Notes: generated from the sequence alone by a model not told the origin. A stretch of DNA of 64,000 nt from Eledone cirrhosa (GCA_964016885.1 OZ024743.1:344224001-344288000), one strand, 5' to 3'; positions 27,501 through 38,638 are shown, counted from the stretch's first letter. Translations and numbers: made by a program.

Positions 27501-27957
27501 CAGACACGGGCGCCCGGGTAGGGACCCCGCCAAAAAGATCTGTCCCAGATGCGTGTGCGACGAGGAAACCGTTGCACACGCATTGGTACACTGCTCGGGC
27601 GTAGCCGATCTGTGGGGCTATGTCGAACAACTGCTGTCAAGGGTGGGACCGATCCGGTTGACCACCGAGTCTATTGTAATGATCAAGCCGCCTCCCCCCT
27701 TCAAAGATGAAGCAGAGGCGGTGTTTCTGTGCGTAATAGCCATGGCGAAAGAGGTTGTATGGTGGACGCGTCTGAAAGGACTGAGGTCAGGCACCTTTCT
27801 CTCTGGCCAACAACTGGTCCGTTTCTTCCGATATCATTTCGGAAGAAGGATCAGGATGGAGAGAGAGGTGCTGCACCCCAGTCGTTTTTATGAAAGGTGG
27901 GTGAAAGTGGCGAGAATGGCCCGTGTGAATGGGCCTTCTTTTTACATAAGCCTGTAG
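24528..27957 (+). pseudogene. ORF2 APE-RT with an 8-bp deletion frameshift just before YADD
   Basis: Same motifs as copy 3. GAACCGG^AAAGCGG at ~26560. Confidence 0.93.
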
Positions 27958-28454
27958 GTGGAAAAGAGGAAGGAACGAGGGAGCACCCCCTCTCTGTGCT
28001 CCTGAGGAAAAGGGTTGCACACTTTTTTCGGGGGTGTGTGCGACCCCCCAAGGCGCCTCCTCTCTATTGAGGATTTTGTTAAAAATTTTATTTTTGTTAT
28101 ATCTTATTTTATTTTTATATTTTGTTATTGCCTCCTCCTTATTGAGGACGCCTTTTTTGTGTAAACTCCCCCCTTTGTACTTGTCCCACTTTTGATGCCC
28201 TAGTGGCAAATAAAAGAAACTTATCTATCTATCTATCTCTGGGATGGACACACGCGTATAACTTGCTGAGTAAGTTCTGTTTAAATTTCTATAGAAATTC
28301 TTGTCTGATAACTTTAATTTTTGTACCATTTTGTAGAGGGACTGCCAGGTCAAACTTTGATCTAGTCAGTCTCTCAAAATATTCTACGCCTTTAGGCGAA
28401 ATAGTTAAACAAAAAAAAAAAGTTTTTTCTTGTTGAAAAGTCAATATTTTTTAA

Positions 28455-30251
28455 ATGGCCGAAGCTTCTTCACCAAAATTCGAAGGAGGAAAGGGGAAGA
28501 TGAACTTACAGCTTCCCCCTGCCACTGTCACAGTAGCAGAGGTCAAGAAGAAAGGTCAGCCAGAGGAAGAATTCTCTCCACCTGTTAACCGACAACTTGA
28601 CGTTGCCATGGCAACAACCCAAAGAATCAGCAGCAACAGCAACAACAACAACAATGCGACGGACGAAAACAACACCAATAACAATAACAATAACAACAAC
28701 AACAACAACAAGACCAATAACGGTGACAACAACAACAATGATAACAACAACACCACTAACGACAACAACAACACAAACAAACAAAATTTCTCCTTCGCCG
28801 AGACGACAAGGAAAACCCTCGACTATCTGCCAGTAGATATAACAAAAGCGAAGGAGCTACTGGCGGATGCGAAAAAATATATAGTGTACGGGGAAAATGG
28901 TTCATTCACAATCCATTCCCCCCCGGAACTAAAAAGCCAGAGACTCCTAAACACGGTCATGTTTAGGACAATCTCGAACAAAAGTAAAAAACCAGCTCAA
29001 CCATCACAGAGCGAGATAGAGCTGGTTTTAAAAGACGTCATGAAGGACATCACCTTCATTCAGAAGGATAGACTCTACGGGAGTCTATCCATTCTCATGA
29101 AGGACAGGGACACAGCAGTGAAACTGTCCATCAAACCAATCACATCCACCGCATACACCTTCTACCCTACGTACATGGGTAGAAGAACACAAAAAATAAA
29201 AATCCACACCATCCTGCCGATTATAGACATATGGTGGGTTTTGACAGGTTTTCTGGACCTGGAGGATGACATGCTGGTGTCCATGGGAAAGGCATCGGGT
29301 GACGCGTTCAGTGGAACGAGCCTCGAACTTGTAGTTCAAATGAGGCCCGAAAGGATCGCCCAGATCCCTGAACGCGTCATACTGGATGATCTAACCTTCA
29401 TCAACATTACCGTTGAGGGTAGACGGCCCTCGTGTTACCTCTGCGGAACCAGAGGTCACCTGAGGGCTGTCTGTCCCCAACTTAATAAGAAAACCCCAAT
29501 CCTGCCTACACCACCAACAACTGCACAACCAACACAATCACCACAACTACCACTACAAAAACAACCACCACAGCTCAAACCAAAACAAAACAATGTCCAA
29601 CCCATCCCCTCCACTCAAAAAACAAAAACAATTTCCAAAACACCCGTACCGCAAACACAACCCGAAAATATACCCCTCCCTTCCAACGCGGAAGATGACC
29701 CTAGTTCGTCGTCAGACGAGGAGGAGCACTTCCACACAATCAAAAGAAAAAAAAGAAAACACACCTCAGACACACAAATGAAAAAAAACCCTCCCCAAAA
29801 CATAACACTGACACCAACACAAAAGAGCTCACAACAGCAAACAAAAAACACCACACAAAAACAAAAACATGCATACACATACATAAATACAAGAAACAAA
29901 AAACTGTTAAACATTGTGTACAACAACAATCTAATAAAAACACAAGGGCCTAACTTCACCCAGGCAGGGGATTTCCCCCACCTCAAAATGATTAAGGCTC
30001 CACAGGACACCTATAAAACTTTAAAAAACAATTTTAAAGAGGACGTGGGTCCCCCCTGCGTCGGGCCCATTAACCGCGTCCTCCTAAAAAACTATCCCAC
30101 CCCCTCCCCAAACACCCACACAACTCCAAGCTCCCCAACCACACAACACACTGATGCCCCCACACTTCCACAAACCACCACCCCACCCAACAACCCATCC
30201 CCCACCCTAATGGAAATTGTGCAGCCCGATACCCGGGACGCAGAGAGGTAA
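28455..30251 (+). CDS. ORF1 protein, variant B (598 aa)
   Basis: Translation is identical to copy 2 ORF1, including the CCHC knuckle. Confidence 0.92.
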   Translation: MAEASSPKFEGGKGKMNLQLPPATVTVAEVKKKGQPEEEFSPPVNRQLDVAMATTQRISSNSNNNNNATDENNTNNNNNNNNNNNKTNNGDNNNNDNNNTTNDNNNTNKQNFSFAETTRKTLDYLPVDITKAKELLADAKKYIVYGENGSFTIHSPPELKSQRLLNTVMFRTISNKSKKPAQPSQSEIELVLKDVMKDITFIQKDRLYGSLSILMKDRDTAVKLSIKPITSTAYTFYPTYMGRRTQKIKIHTILPIIDIWWVLTGFLDLEDDMLVSMGKASGDAFSGTSLELVVQMRPERIAQIPERVILDDLTFINITVEGRRPSCYLCGTRGHLRAVCPQLNKKTPILPTPPTTAQPTQSPQLPLQKQPPQLKPKQNNVQPIPSTQKTKTISKTPVPQTQPENIPLPSNAEDDPSSSSDEEEHFHTIKRKKRKHTSDTQMKKNPPQNITLTPTQKSSQQQTKNTTQKQKHAYTYINTRNKKLLNIVYNNNLIKTQGPNFTQAGDFPHLKMIKAPQDTYKTLKNNFKEDVGPPCVGPINRVLLKNYPTPSPNTHTTPSSPTTQHTDAPTLPQTTTPPNNPSPTLMEIVQPDTRDAER

Positions 30252-30275
30252 GTGCCTTTTCTCTTCACCACCAAC

Positions 30276-33200
30276 ATGGCTATGCTAAGAGTAGGCTGTT
30301 TAAATGCGCGTGGCCTGGGCTCAACTTGGAAGCAAGCAATGCTTCTAAATGACCTCAGGTCACAACGTATAGATGTGATGGTTATTTGCGAGGCCCGGAT
30401 CAGCAACGTGCGACAGCTGGCCCCCACCTTTGATGACTTTGAGATGCACGCATCTCTCTGTCAGCCCGGAGGTGGGGGTGGAGTTGTCGTTCTGCTGCAA
30501 AAACATCTGGGTCTCGCAACACAGATGGTACATTTGGACCCGGAGGGTCGACTAGTGGTTCTGGACCTTGGCAGTGGTAAAGGCGGAGCGTTTAGGTTGG
30601 TAGCCGCCTACGGCCCTTTCGGGTCAATGCGGCCGGACTTCTTCCATCGTCTGGAGACTTTTCTGGGGACGTCCCGCTCCTTGCTATTAGTGGGGGACTG
30701 GAATGGTATCCTAGATACACGCTGGGACTACGTAGGGGCCTGCCCCGATAGAGAGGGGTGTAATAGCCTCAAAGGGTTAATCGGTCGATTTGACCTGGCC
30801 GATAGATATCGACTAGATTTTCCGACTGCGCCAACCTGGACTTGGGCAAATCGTAGCGGATCATCTAGGTCGTACCTAGATAGGTTCTTAGTTAGAATTA
30901 AGGATAAGGACTTTTTAAGTTGTCCAAAAATGTGCATGGTTGGCTATTCAGACCACAAATTAGTGACCTGCATGGTCAACCTTGACAGAACTCATAGACA
31001 GGGCCCCGGTTACTGGAAGCTCAACTTGTCCTTGCCGGCAAGTAGAGCCTACAGGAATCGGATTAGTACGTTAGTTAAGGAACGGTTGACTGGAGCGATC
31101 GTCAACAGCAGGTGGTGGGTATCTCTAAAGAGAGAGATTAGAGTAGTCTCGATAGAATTTAGTAAGGTTCTAGCTGCGGATAGGAATAGGAAGGAAAGGG
31201 AGCTAATAGATAGAGTAGAAGAGGCAATTAGAAGCGGCGACGTGGCCAGAGTGCTAGCGTCGAGAACGGCTTTGAGCCAGTTTTTCGACGCGAAGCACGA
31301 AGGCTGCGTTGTCCGAAGTAAAATACGTGCTCTAGGGAACGAGGGGACCAAAGCTGTTAGCTGGGCCCGCGTGACAGAGGCCAACAGTGGAACTAAATCC
31401 ACCATCCGGTCTTTGCGAGACCTGGATGGACGGGCGATTCTTGAGCCTAAGCAGATGTGTGAGGCCTTTCAAAGGCACTTTGCCCGACTGTTCGGGAGGG
31501 GCGGGGAGCCGGTTGGGAACGTGGACTTCGGTCCATACCTCGACGGCCTGCCGCGCCTCTCGGACAGGGAGGCGAAGTCCTGCGAGGAGCCGATTTCGGC
31601 CGCTGAGATAGAGGACGTGCTGAGCCAATGCGGCAAACGCAAATCCCCGGGTCTCGATGGTCTTCCTTACGAATTATATCTAGCTATGCCGGACTTGTTC
31701 CCCGATCTCCTCGAGGCGGTCTACTGCAACTGGCAACAGAACGGGAGAATTCCCTGTACTGTGACCAAGGGCGTAGTCACGCTAGTGAGGAAGGACGAGA
31801 ACAAGGGGGACGAAATAAGTAACTTCAGGCCCATAACACTGCTAAATACAGAGTTACAGATTTTGGCCAAGGTGCTAGCAAAGAGGTTGGCGCTTGTCGT
31901 GGGCAACCTGGTGGGAGATGCGCAGACATGCGCTATCCCGTCCAGGTCCATCCATGACAACCTCCACCTCATGCGATACATCATAGAGAGGGTTGGGAAC
32001 GAACCCGGCTTTGGTGGGGCTCTGATCAACTTGGATCAATCTAAGGCGTTCGATAGGGTCGACCATGGTTACCTGGATGCGGTGCTAGCGGCGGCAGGCT
32101 TCGGACCCGTTTTCAGGGGCTGGATCACTGCTATGCACAGCAGCCGCATCTGCTCTAGGGTCAAGGTGAACGGCTACCTCTCGGAGCCGTTCCAAATCGC
32201 GCGGTCCATCCGACAAGGGTGCCCTCTCTCCTCCCTTCTGTATGTGTTGACTCTCGAGCCACTACTGCGGAAGTTGGAGTTGTTGCAGGGCATCCCCTTG
32301 GAACCGGGATTGCGGAAAGCGGTGTCGGCCTACGCCGATGACGTGACAGTAATGGTGTCGACGGCCTCCGAAATCGAGGCGGTCGGCACCTTACTGGAGG
32401 AGTACGAAAGGTTCACAGGGGCTAAGCTGAACCGGGACAAGTCGATCGGTTTGCAACTCGGCACGTGGAGGGGCAGACCGATGCCCTCCGATAGCGTCGT
32501 CGGACGCTGGACGGAGGGCCCGGTGAAGTTGCTCGGGGTCTGGTTCGGACCGGACCTCCAGGTGGAGAAAAACTGGGCGGAGGTTACGAACAGGGTGTTT
32601 GCACTGACCCAGAAGTGGGCCAGTTGCAAACTATCCCTGAAAGGTCGGGCGGAAGTGGCGAACACCTACATAGCGTCCGTCATCTACTACCGCCTGACCG
32701 TAGTGCCCTGCCCAAGGGAAACCCTCACCAAGATGGAGCGCGCGCTCTTCCAATTCCTTTGGAAGAGGCGGGCTCCTATGGTGAGGAGATCCATCTGCTG
32801 TCAACACCCTTCGAAAGGAGGGCTGGGGATGCCGTGGCTAATGATGCGTAAACACGCATTAAGGCTACGGCACCTCTACGTATTCCTCACCGGACAACCG
32901 GTGTGGGCCTCGTTTGTGAGACGAACCTTTCCCAGACTCGTCTCACTCACCGAGCTGCAATCCTGGGTCAAGCAAAGACCGAGAAAACTGGGCGCCTGGC
33001 ACACTGAGTGTGCCCAGGCGCTCACCGCCCTCTGGCAGGCGGATCCGGTTATCAGTGGAGACTCCACCGCAACATTCTATAGAGGGCTGGTACGCAGCAG
33101 GTGCGACGACGCCCTCGGAGAAGCCCTAGACATGGAGGAGGACGAACTGGCCGGCCTGTTCGGTAGGACATTCAGCCCAGGACCTATGGACAACTTCCAG

Positions 33201-33713
33201 AAGTCCCTGGCCTGGCAGTGCTACCGAGGGGCTTTACCCGTTCGAGAAAGGCTCTACAGACACGGGCGCCCGGGTAGGGACCCCGCCAAAAAGATCTGTC
33301 CCAGATGCGTGTGCGACGAGGAAACCGTTGCACACGCATTGGTACACTGCTCGGGCGTAGCCGATCTGTGGGGCTATGTCGAACAACTGCTGTCAAGGGT
33401 GGGACCGATCCGGTTGACCACCGAGTCTATTGTAATGATCAAGCCGCCTCCCCCCTTCAAAGATGAAGCAGAGGCGGTGTTTCTGTGCGTAATAGCCATG
33501 GCGAAAGAGGTTGTATGGTGGACGCGTCTGAAAGGACTGAGGTCAGGCACCTTTCTCTCTGGCCAACAACTGGTCCGTTTCTTCCGATATCATTTCGGAA
33601 GAAGGATCAGGATGGAGAGAGAGGTGCTGCACCCCAGCCGTTTCTATGAAAGATGGGTGAAAGTGGCGAGAATGGCCCGTGTGAATGGGCCTTCACTCTA
33701 CATCAGACTATAG
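30276..33713 (+). CDS. ORF2: apurinic-like endonuclease, reverse transcriptase and CCHC (1145 aa from the first ATG)
   Basis: Uninterrupted frame with the ATG in ACCAACATGG context. All APE and RT motifs are present, including YADD and CPRC...H...HC. Confidence 0.95.
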   Translation: MAMLRVGCLNARGLGSTWKQAMLLNDLRSQRIDVMVICEARISNVRQLAPTFDDFEMHASLCQPGGGGGVVVLLQKHLGLATQMVHLDPEGRLVVLDLGSGKGGAFRLVAAYGPFGSMRPDFFHRLETFLGTSRSLLLVGDWNGILDTRWDYVGACPDREGCNSLKGLIGRFDLADRYRLDFPTAPTWTWANRSGSSRSYLDRFLVRIKDKDFLSCPKMCMVGYSDHKLVTCMVNLDRTHRQGPGYWKLNLSLPASRAYRNRISTLVKERLTGAIVNSRWWVSLKREIRVVSIEFSKVLAADRNRKERELIDRVEEAIRSGDVARVLASRTALSQFFDAKHEGCVVRSKIRALGNEGTKAVSWARVTEANSGTKSTIRSLRDLDGRAILEPKQMCEAFQRHFARLFGRGGEPVGNVDFGPYLDGLPRLSDREAKSCEEPISAAEIEDVLSQCGKRKSPGLDGLPYELYLAMPDLFPDLLEAVYCNWQQNGRIPCTVTKGVVTLVRKDENKGDEISNFRPITLLNTELQILAKVLAKRLALVVGNLVGDAQTCAIPSRSIHDNLHLMRYIIERVGNEPGFGGALINLDQSKAFDRVDHGYLDAVLAAAGFGPVFRGWITAMHSSRICSRVKVNGYLSEPFQIARSIRQGCPLSSLLYVLTLEPLLRKLELLQGIPLEPGLRKAVSAYADDVTVMVSTASEIEAVGTLLEEYERFTGAKLNRDKSIGLQLGTWRGRPMPSDSVVGRWTEGPVKLLGVWFGPDLQVEKNWAEVTNRVFALTQKWASCKLSLKGRAEVANTYIASVIYYRLTVVPCPRETLTKMERALFQFLWKRRAPMVRRSICCQHPSKGGLGMPWLMMRKHALRLRHLYVFLTGQPVWASFVRRTFPRLVSLTELQSWVKQRPRKLGAWHTECAQALTALWQADPVISGDSTATFYRGLVRSRCDDALGEALDMEEDELAGLFGRTFSPGPMDNFQKSLAWQCYRGALPVRERLYRHGRPGRDPAKKICPRCVCDEETVAHALVHCSGVADLWGYVEQLLSRVGPIRLTTESIVMIKPPPPFKDEAEAVFLCVIAMAKEVVWWTRLKGLRSGTFLSGQQLVRFFRYHFGRRIRMEREVLHPSRFYERWVKVARMARVNGPSLYIRL

Positions 33714-34069
33714 GTGAGGAAGATGAAAGACCAAGGGAGCACCCCTTCTCTGTGCTCCTGAGGAGAAGGGTTGCACACTTTTTTCGGGGGTGTGTGCGAC
33801 CCCCCAAGGCGCCTCCTCTCTATTGAGGATTTTGTTAAAAATTTTATTTTTTGTTATATCTTATTTTATTTTTATATTTTGTTATTGCCTCCTCCTTATT
33901 GAGGACGCCTTTTTGTGTAAACTCCCCCCTTTGTACTTGTCCTACTTTTGATGCCCTAGTGGCAAATAAAAGAAACATATCTATCTATCTATCTATCTAT
34001 CTAACTATCTCTCACTCTATATATATGTATGTATATATATGTATATATATATATGTATATATAAATATG

Positions 34070-34109
<40 letters not shown>

Positions 34110-34161
34110 CATCTATATATACATATATATATATACATACATATATATACACATACATACA

Positions 34162-34253
<92 letters not shown>

Positions 34254-34256
<3 letters not shown>

Positions 34257-34604
34257 TCAATGATATTAAATAAATGTAAACTATATTTATAAAACCATAT
34301 TTATTCTATTATATATATTTCAAGGGTACCAAAACTTTGGTACGCTCTCATCAGATAAAATACAAAGTTTGTTTTATAAATATTGACATAACCAGGAAAG
34401 AAGAACTTAACGGTTCAAGTTTTTTCTGGATAGAAAAAACTTGAACCGTTAAGTTCTTCTTCCTTGTTATGTCAATATTTATAAAACAAACTTTGTATTT
34501 TATCTGATGAGAGCGTACCAAAGTTTTGGTACCCTTGAAATATATATAATAGAATAAATATGGTTTTATAAATATAGTTTCCATTTATTTAATATCATTG
34601 AATA
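34254..34604. repeat. ~350-bp near-perfect palindrome, each arm carrying a hammerhead fold (family P3)
   Basis: The arms are reverse complements around the centre TTTTTTCT-GGAT-AGAAAAAA (~34429). A diverged single arm occurs at 51888-52020. Confidence 0.9.
34496..34556 (+). ncRNA. Minimal type I hammerhead ribozyme fold (mirror copy on - strand at ~34302-34362)
   Basis: TATTTTAT-CTGATGA-[GAGCGTACCAAA GT TTTGGTACCCTT]-GAAA-TATATA-TA-ATAGAATA. Confidence 0.7.
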
Positions 34605-34692
34605 TTATACTCCAGAAAACTTGTCGAGTGCTTCGAATCAGTTATAAACATATATATTTGTTGAATTACCAACAAATTAAATATTCCTTTTG

Positions 34693-35024
<332 letters not shown>

Positions 35025-35272
35025 CATATATCTACATATATATATATATATATATGTATACATACACATATATATATATACACATACACACACACACACA
35101 TCGGGGGTAACCACAATAGGTAAGGTATTCAATGTATTTCTACATTATATATATATATATAATAAAAATGATAATCAATCATAAAAATTGTAAGAGAAAT
35201 ACCGCTACAACAGCAACATCATCATCATCATCATCATCATCAACAACAACAACAACAACAACAACAACGACG

Positions 35273-35316
<44 letters not shown>

Positions 35317-35380
35317 AATAATAATAATAATAAAAATATTTTTATTATTGTTGTTATTCTTATTCCTATACCCCTTGACG

Positions 35381-36060
35381 TATCAGGTTGTCCGGTATGT
35401 TCCGAGCGATTTCAAGATTTATGTCTTTAAACCCTTCATGCAACAATCTTTGTACGACTCGTATTTCAGAATTGCCTGCAGTATTGTACCCTTTCTAACT
35501 AAGTTCCACGTAAAAAATCAGCATATATTTTACATGCCTTTGAAATGGATAACCAAAAGTTGTATATTCAGCGCGTAATGCTTTTTCTTTTTCTTTAAAA
35601 AAGTGAAATGCTGTGGAAACGTGTAAAATCATTTGTGGAGTTTATAGTGAAGAATCTTTAGGTGATCCAACTATTCTTCGAAGGCGGTTTGCCAGATTTA
35701 GACTTGGTGAGTTCAGCTTGCAAGATGGCAGTCGCTGTAGAGGACCCTCAACTTTAGATGACAATATTTTAAAGGTAATCCTTGGAAAAAAAACTCTAAC
35801 ATTCCGACGAACACTTTGTGAACCTAGGGTACGATTCTCTCTATGATATTTGTGTTTCTTACAAACTGTAAGAACAAAACTGAATGGATCGGTATTCCAT
35901 CTGTGATATGCTTCTGAAACGCAATGAAAATAAGCCTTTCCTGAAACAACTGGTAACTGGAGATGAAGAATGGATTGTTTACGATAATATAGTAAGAAAA
36001 AGATCCTGTAGTTTGCGTGAGGATCCTCCAAAGCAGAATATTCATTAAAAAAAGTCACTG
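35381..36060 (+). mobile_element. Degenerate mariner transposon (5' part)
   Basis: ETCKIICGVYSEESL...RRRFARFRLGEFSLQDGSR (HTH region) and FLKQLVTGDEEWIVYDN (first catalytic-D motif), with a TIR-like start TA|TCAGGTTGTCCGG. Confidence 0.8.
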
Positions 36061-36094
36061 TTTGTGTCTTGTGGGATTTCAAAGTTATTATTTA

Positions 36095-36548
36095 CACCTG
36101 CCGGTTTTGATACCTGGATGTATATGTCAATCCTCATCATGAAGATTTTTAACAGAAGAGGAGAGAATACACACCCTTGTCGGAGTTTGACACCCACATT
36201 GAATAAGTTTGACTTAGCCACATTTATCCGAACACAAATACTAGGGCATTCATATCGGGACTTCAAAGCAACAAGAAACTGTCCATGAAGAATCCCATAC
36301 TCCTGCAGAAACTTCCACAACAAATCCCGTGGAACACCGTTGTATACCTTTTCGAAGTCTACAATCAAGCATACTCCTCCGGACAATACTCTTTCGATGT
36401 ATCGAAGACCTGCCGCAGTGTGAATATTTGGTTGTCTGTGCTACGTCCAGGGAGAAACCACTCAGTTCGTTAGTTAGCTTGGACTTGACAATATCCATAC
36501 ATCTCTTTGTCAGACACTTAGGCATAGACCTTACCGGGGAGGCTTAAC
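36095..36548 (-). mobile_element. Degenerate RTE-type LINE reverse transcriptase fragment
   Basis: VDFEKVYNGVPRDLLWKFLQEYGI...VRINVAKSNLFNVGVKLRQGCVFSPLLLKIFM. Confidence 0.8.
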
Positions 36549-36649
36549 AATATACCGATTCATGCAATACACACGCACACACAAATAATTATATAAATAA
36601 ATAAATAAATAAATATATATATATATGTATGTATGTATATATATGTATA

Positions 36650-36703
<54 letters not shown>

Positions 36704-36736
36704 GGATTATAATGGATACAGTTTAGTTAAAAGGAA

Positions 36737-36858
36737 TTTATTGACACGTGTTTCTATAACAGTTACATAACCTGAAAACAGCTGCTATCTACAAAGTATT
36801 AGTTATGCAGACATTCAATATTTCAATGTTATTATCAACTGTCATTTCATCGGAATAA
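36737..36858 (-). ncRNA. Hammerhead-like fold with a long stem II and one core substitution
   Basis: Minus strand: TTATT-CCGATGA-AATGACAGTT...AACTGTTATA-GAAA-CACGTG-TC-AATAA. Confidence 0.5.
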
Positions 36859-36960
36859 TTTTACTGAGGACCTGCTTGGTTTTTATAGAGAATATTAGGA
36901 GGGAGGGGTGAAGTTGTTAGAAGAATATATATATATATATATATATGTGTCGGTAAGTAA

Positions 36961-37037
<77 letters not shown>

Positions 37038-37253
37038 AAAGGTAAACAGAAATAACAACACAATCGGTACTTTATATATATATTATGGGATATATTATAT
37101 TAACGCCTGATATAGCAGAAAGAGGATCTTAACGTTTCGTACGCTAGTCCTTCATCAGAGGAAAGAATGAGAAATAAGATAGATTGAGGACGGGCGGGAT
37201 GGAATTGGAAAAAATGTCTTTAGATAAAAATAACAGGGCAATTCATGTTGACA

Positions 37254-37315
<62 letters not shown>

Positions 37316-37332
37316 GCACACACACACACACA

Positions 37333-37380
<48 letters not shown>

Positions 37381-37699
37381 AAATACATGCATAAATATAT
37401 ATATGACCAGTTCTATCCAGTGGCGAACCCCTAAACTTAAGTATATATATATATATATATTGTTATTATTAACTTTTCGTACACCAATATGGAATAAAGT
37501 GTCTCAGAGTAACATCGCTCATTAAACACTTAGGCAAGGTAACACACATGCATGTACAGATCCTGTGTAGCTAATCGCATGTAATGGAGATAGTTAAATT
37601 TCTTTATTGCTTTAACTATATTTTATCTGTTATTGTGTTTAACTGACGCGACAGGGGATTAATAATCCTATGGTTAATACAAACTTTAGACTTGAACGA

Positions 37700-38055
37700 A
37701 CGATTGATCAATGCGTCTCCATCAGTTTCAACGACCAGTATTCCACTAGTTTAACCAACGGCACACCGTGCTCGTAAACACTCTCCTCGTAAAAATAGCT
37801 GAGTATTCCATAGATATGTTTACCCTTTACGTAATTCTCAGTGAGATGCAGCATGACACTGTGTGACAAGACTGGCTCTTTTGAATTATTGTTTCAGTCA
37901 ATCAGACGGCCTTCCAAACAGTTTCCGTTTACACAATTTCACTAACAAGGCACGGGCCGACCCCAAGTTATGATAACTCACACATATCTAACATGCAGTA
38001 TATTGGGGTCAAATCCAGGAATTAATGATCACGAAGCGAACACCTTAACCATTCG
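37700..38055 (-). mobile_element. Old SINE-like repeat (family C)
   Basis: Reverse match to 8160-8480 (GTGTGACAAGACTGG; CTTCCAAACAGTTTCCGT). Confidence 0.6.
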
Positions 38056-38184
38056 ATTATTTTGTCTCCACATTGAGCCGGAAATATAACATATATGTCT
38101 ATCTGACGTTAAAATATTACTGAATGCTGTCTGCATATACAAGCACAAAAACTCTATTTTATTCATAATAATTAATGATTTCTA

Positions 38185-38392
38185 ATTTACGCACAAGGCC
38201 AACATTTGGAGGTCGGAGAGGTCATGTGAATTATATCGACCTCGGTGTTTTACTGGTATTTTATTTTATCGATCTCGGAAGGATAAAAAGCAAAGTTGAC
38301 CTTGGTGGAGTTTGAAATCAAAACGTAAAAACCCGGAAACAATTATGCAAAGCATTTGTCAGATGCTCTAACATCCAAGCCAATCAACCGCC
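38185..38392 (-). mobile_element. Diverged SINE (family A)
   Basis: CTGGTATTTTATTTTATCGA...GGATAAAAAGCAAAGTTGACCT...TTTGAAATCA. Confidence 0.7.
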
Positions 38393-38539
38393 ATTTTTCT
38401 TTAACAATTAAAGCATATTATTTTAGACAGGTTAGGCACTGTCAAATTTGCTCACTCTGCCGATACGTTCCTTATTTATACATGTGTATTAGTGTGTTTG
38501 CGTGTCTGTGTGGGATATATGTAAAGTTGTGTATATGTA

Positions 38540-38638
<99 letters not shown>

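Larger units (their letters stand above)
22493..28220 (+). mobile_element. Tx1-like element, copy 2 (chimera of copy-3-type 5' half and copy-1-type 3' half)
   Basis: Offset by 5748 bp from its neighbours. ORF1 is identical to copy 3, and the 3' half, including the 8-bp deletion, is identical to copy 1. Confidence 0.95.
28241..33976 (+). mobile_element. Tx1-like element, copy 3 (both ORFs intact; potentially active)
   Basis: Intact ORF1 and ORF2. Ends AATAAAAGAAAC followed by ATATCTATCTATC... Confidence 0.96.
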
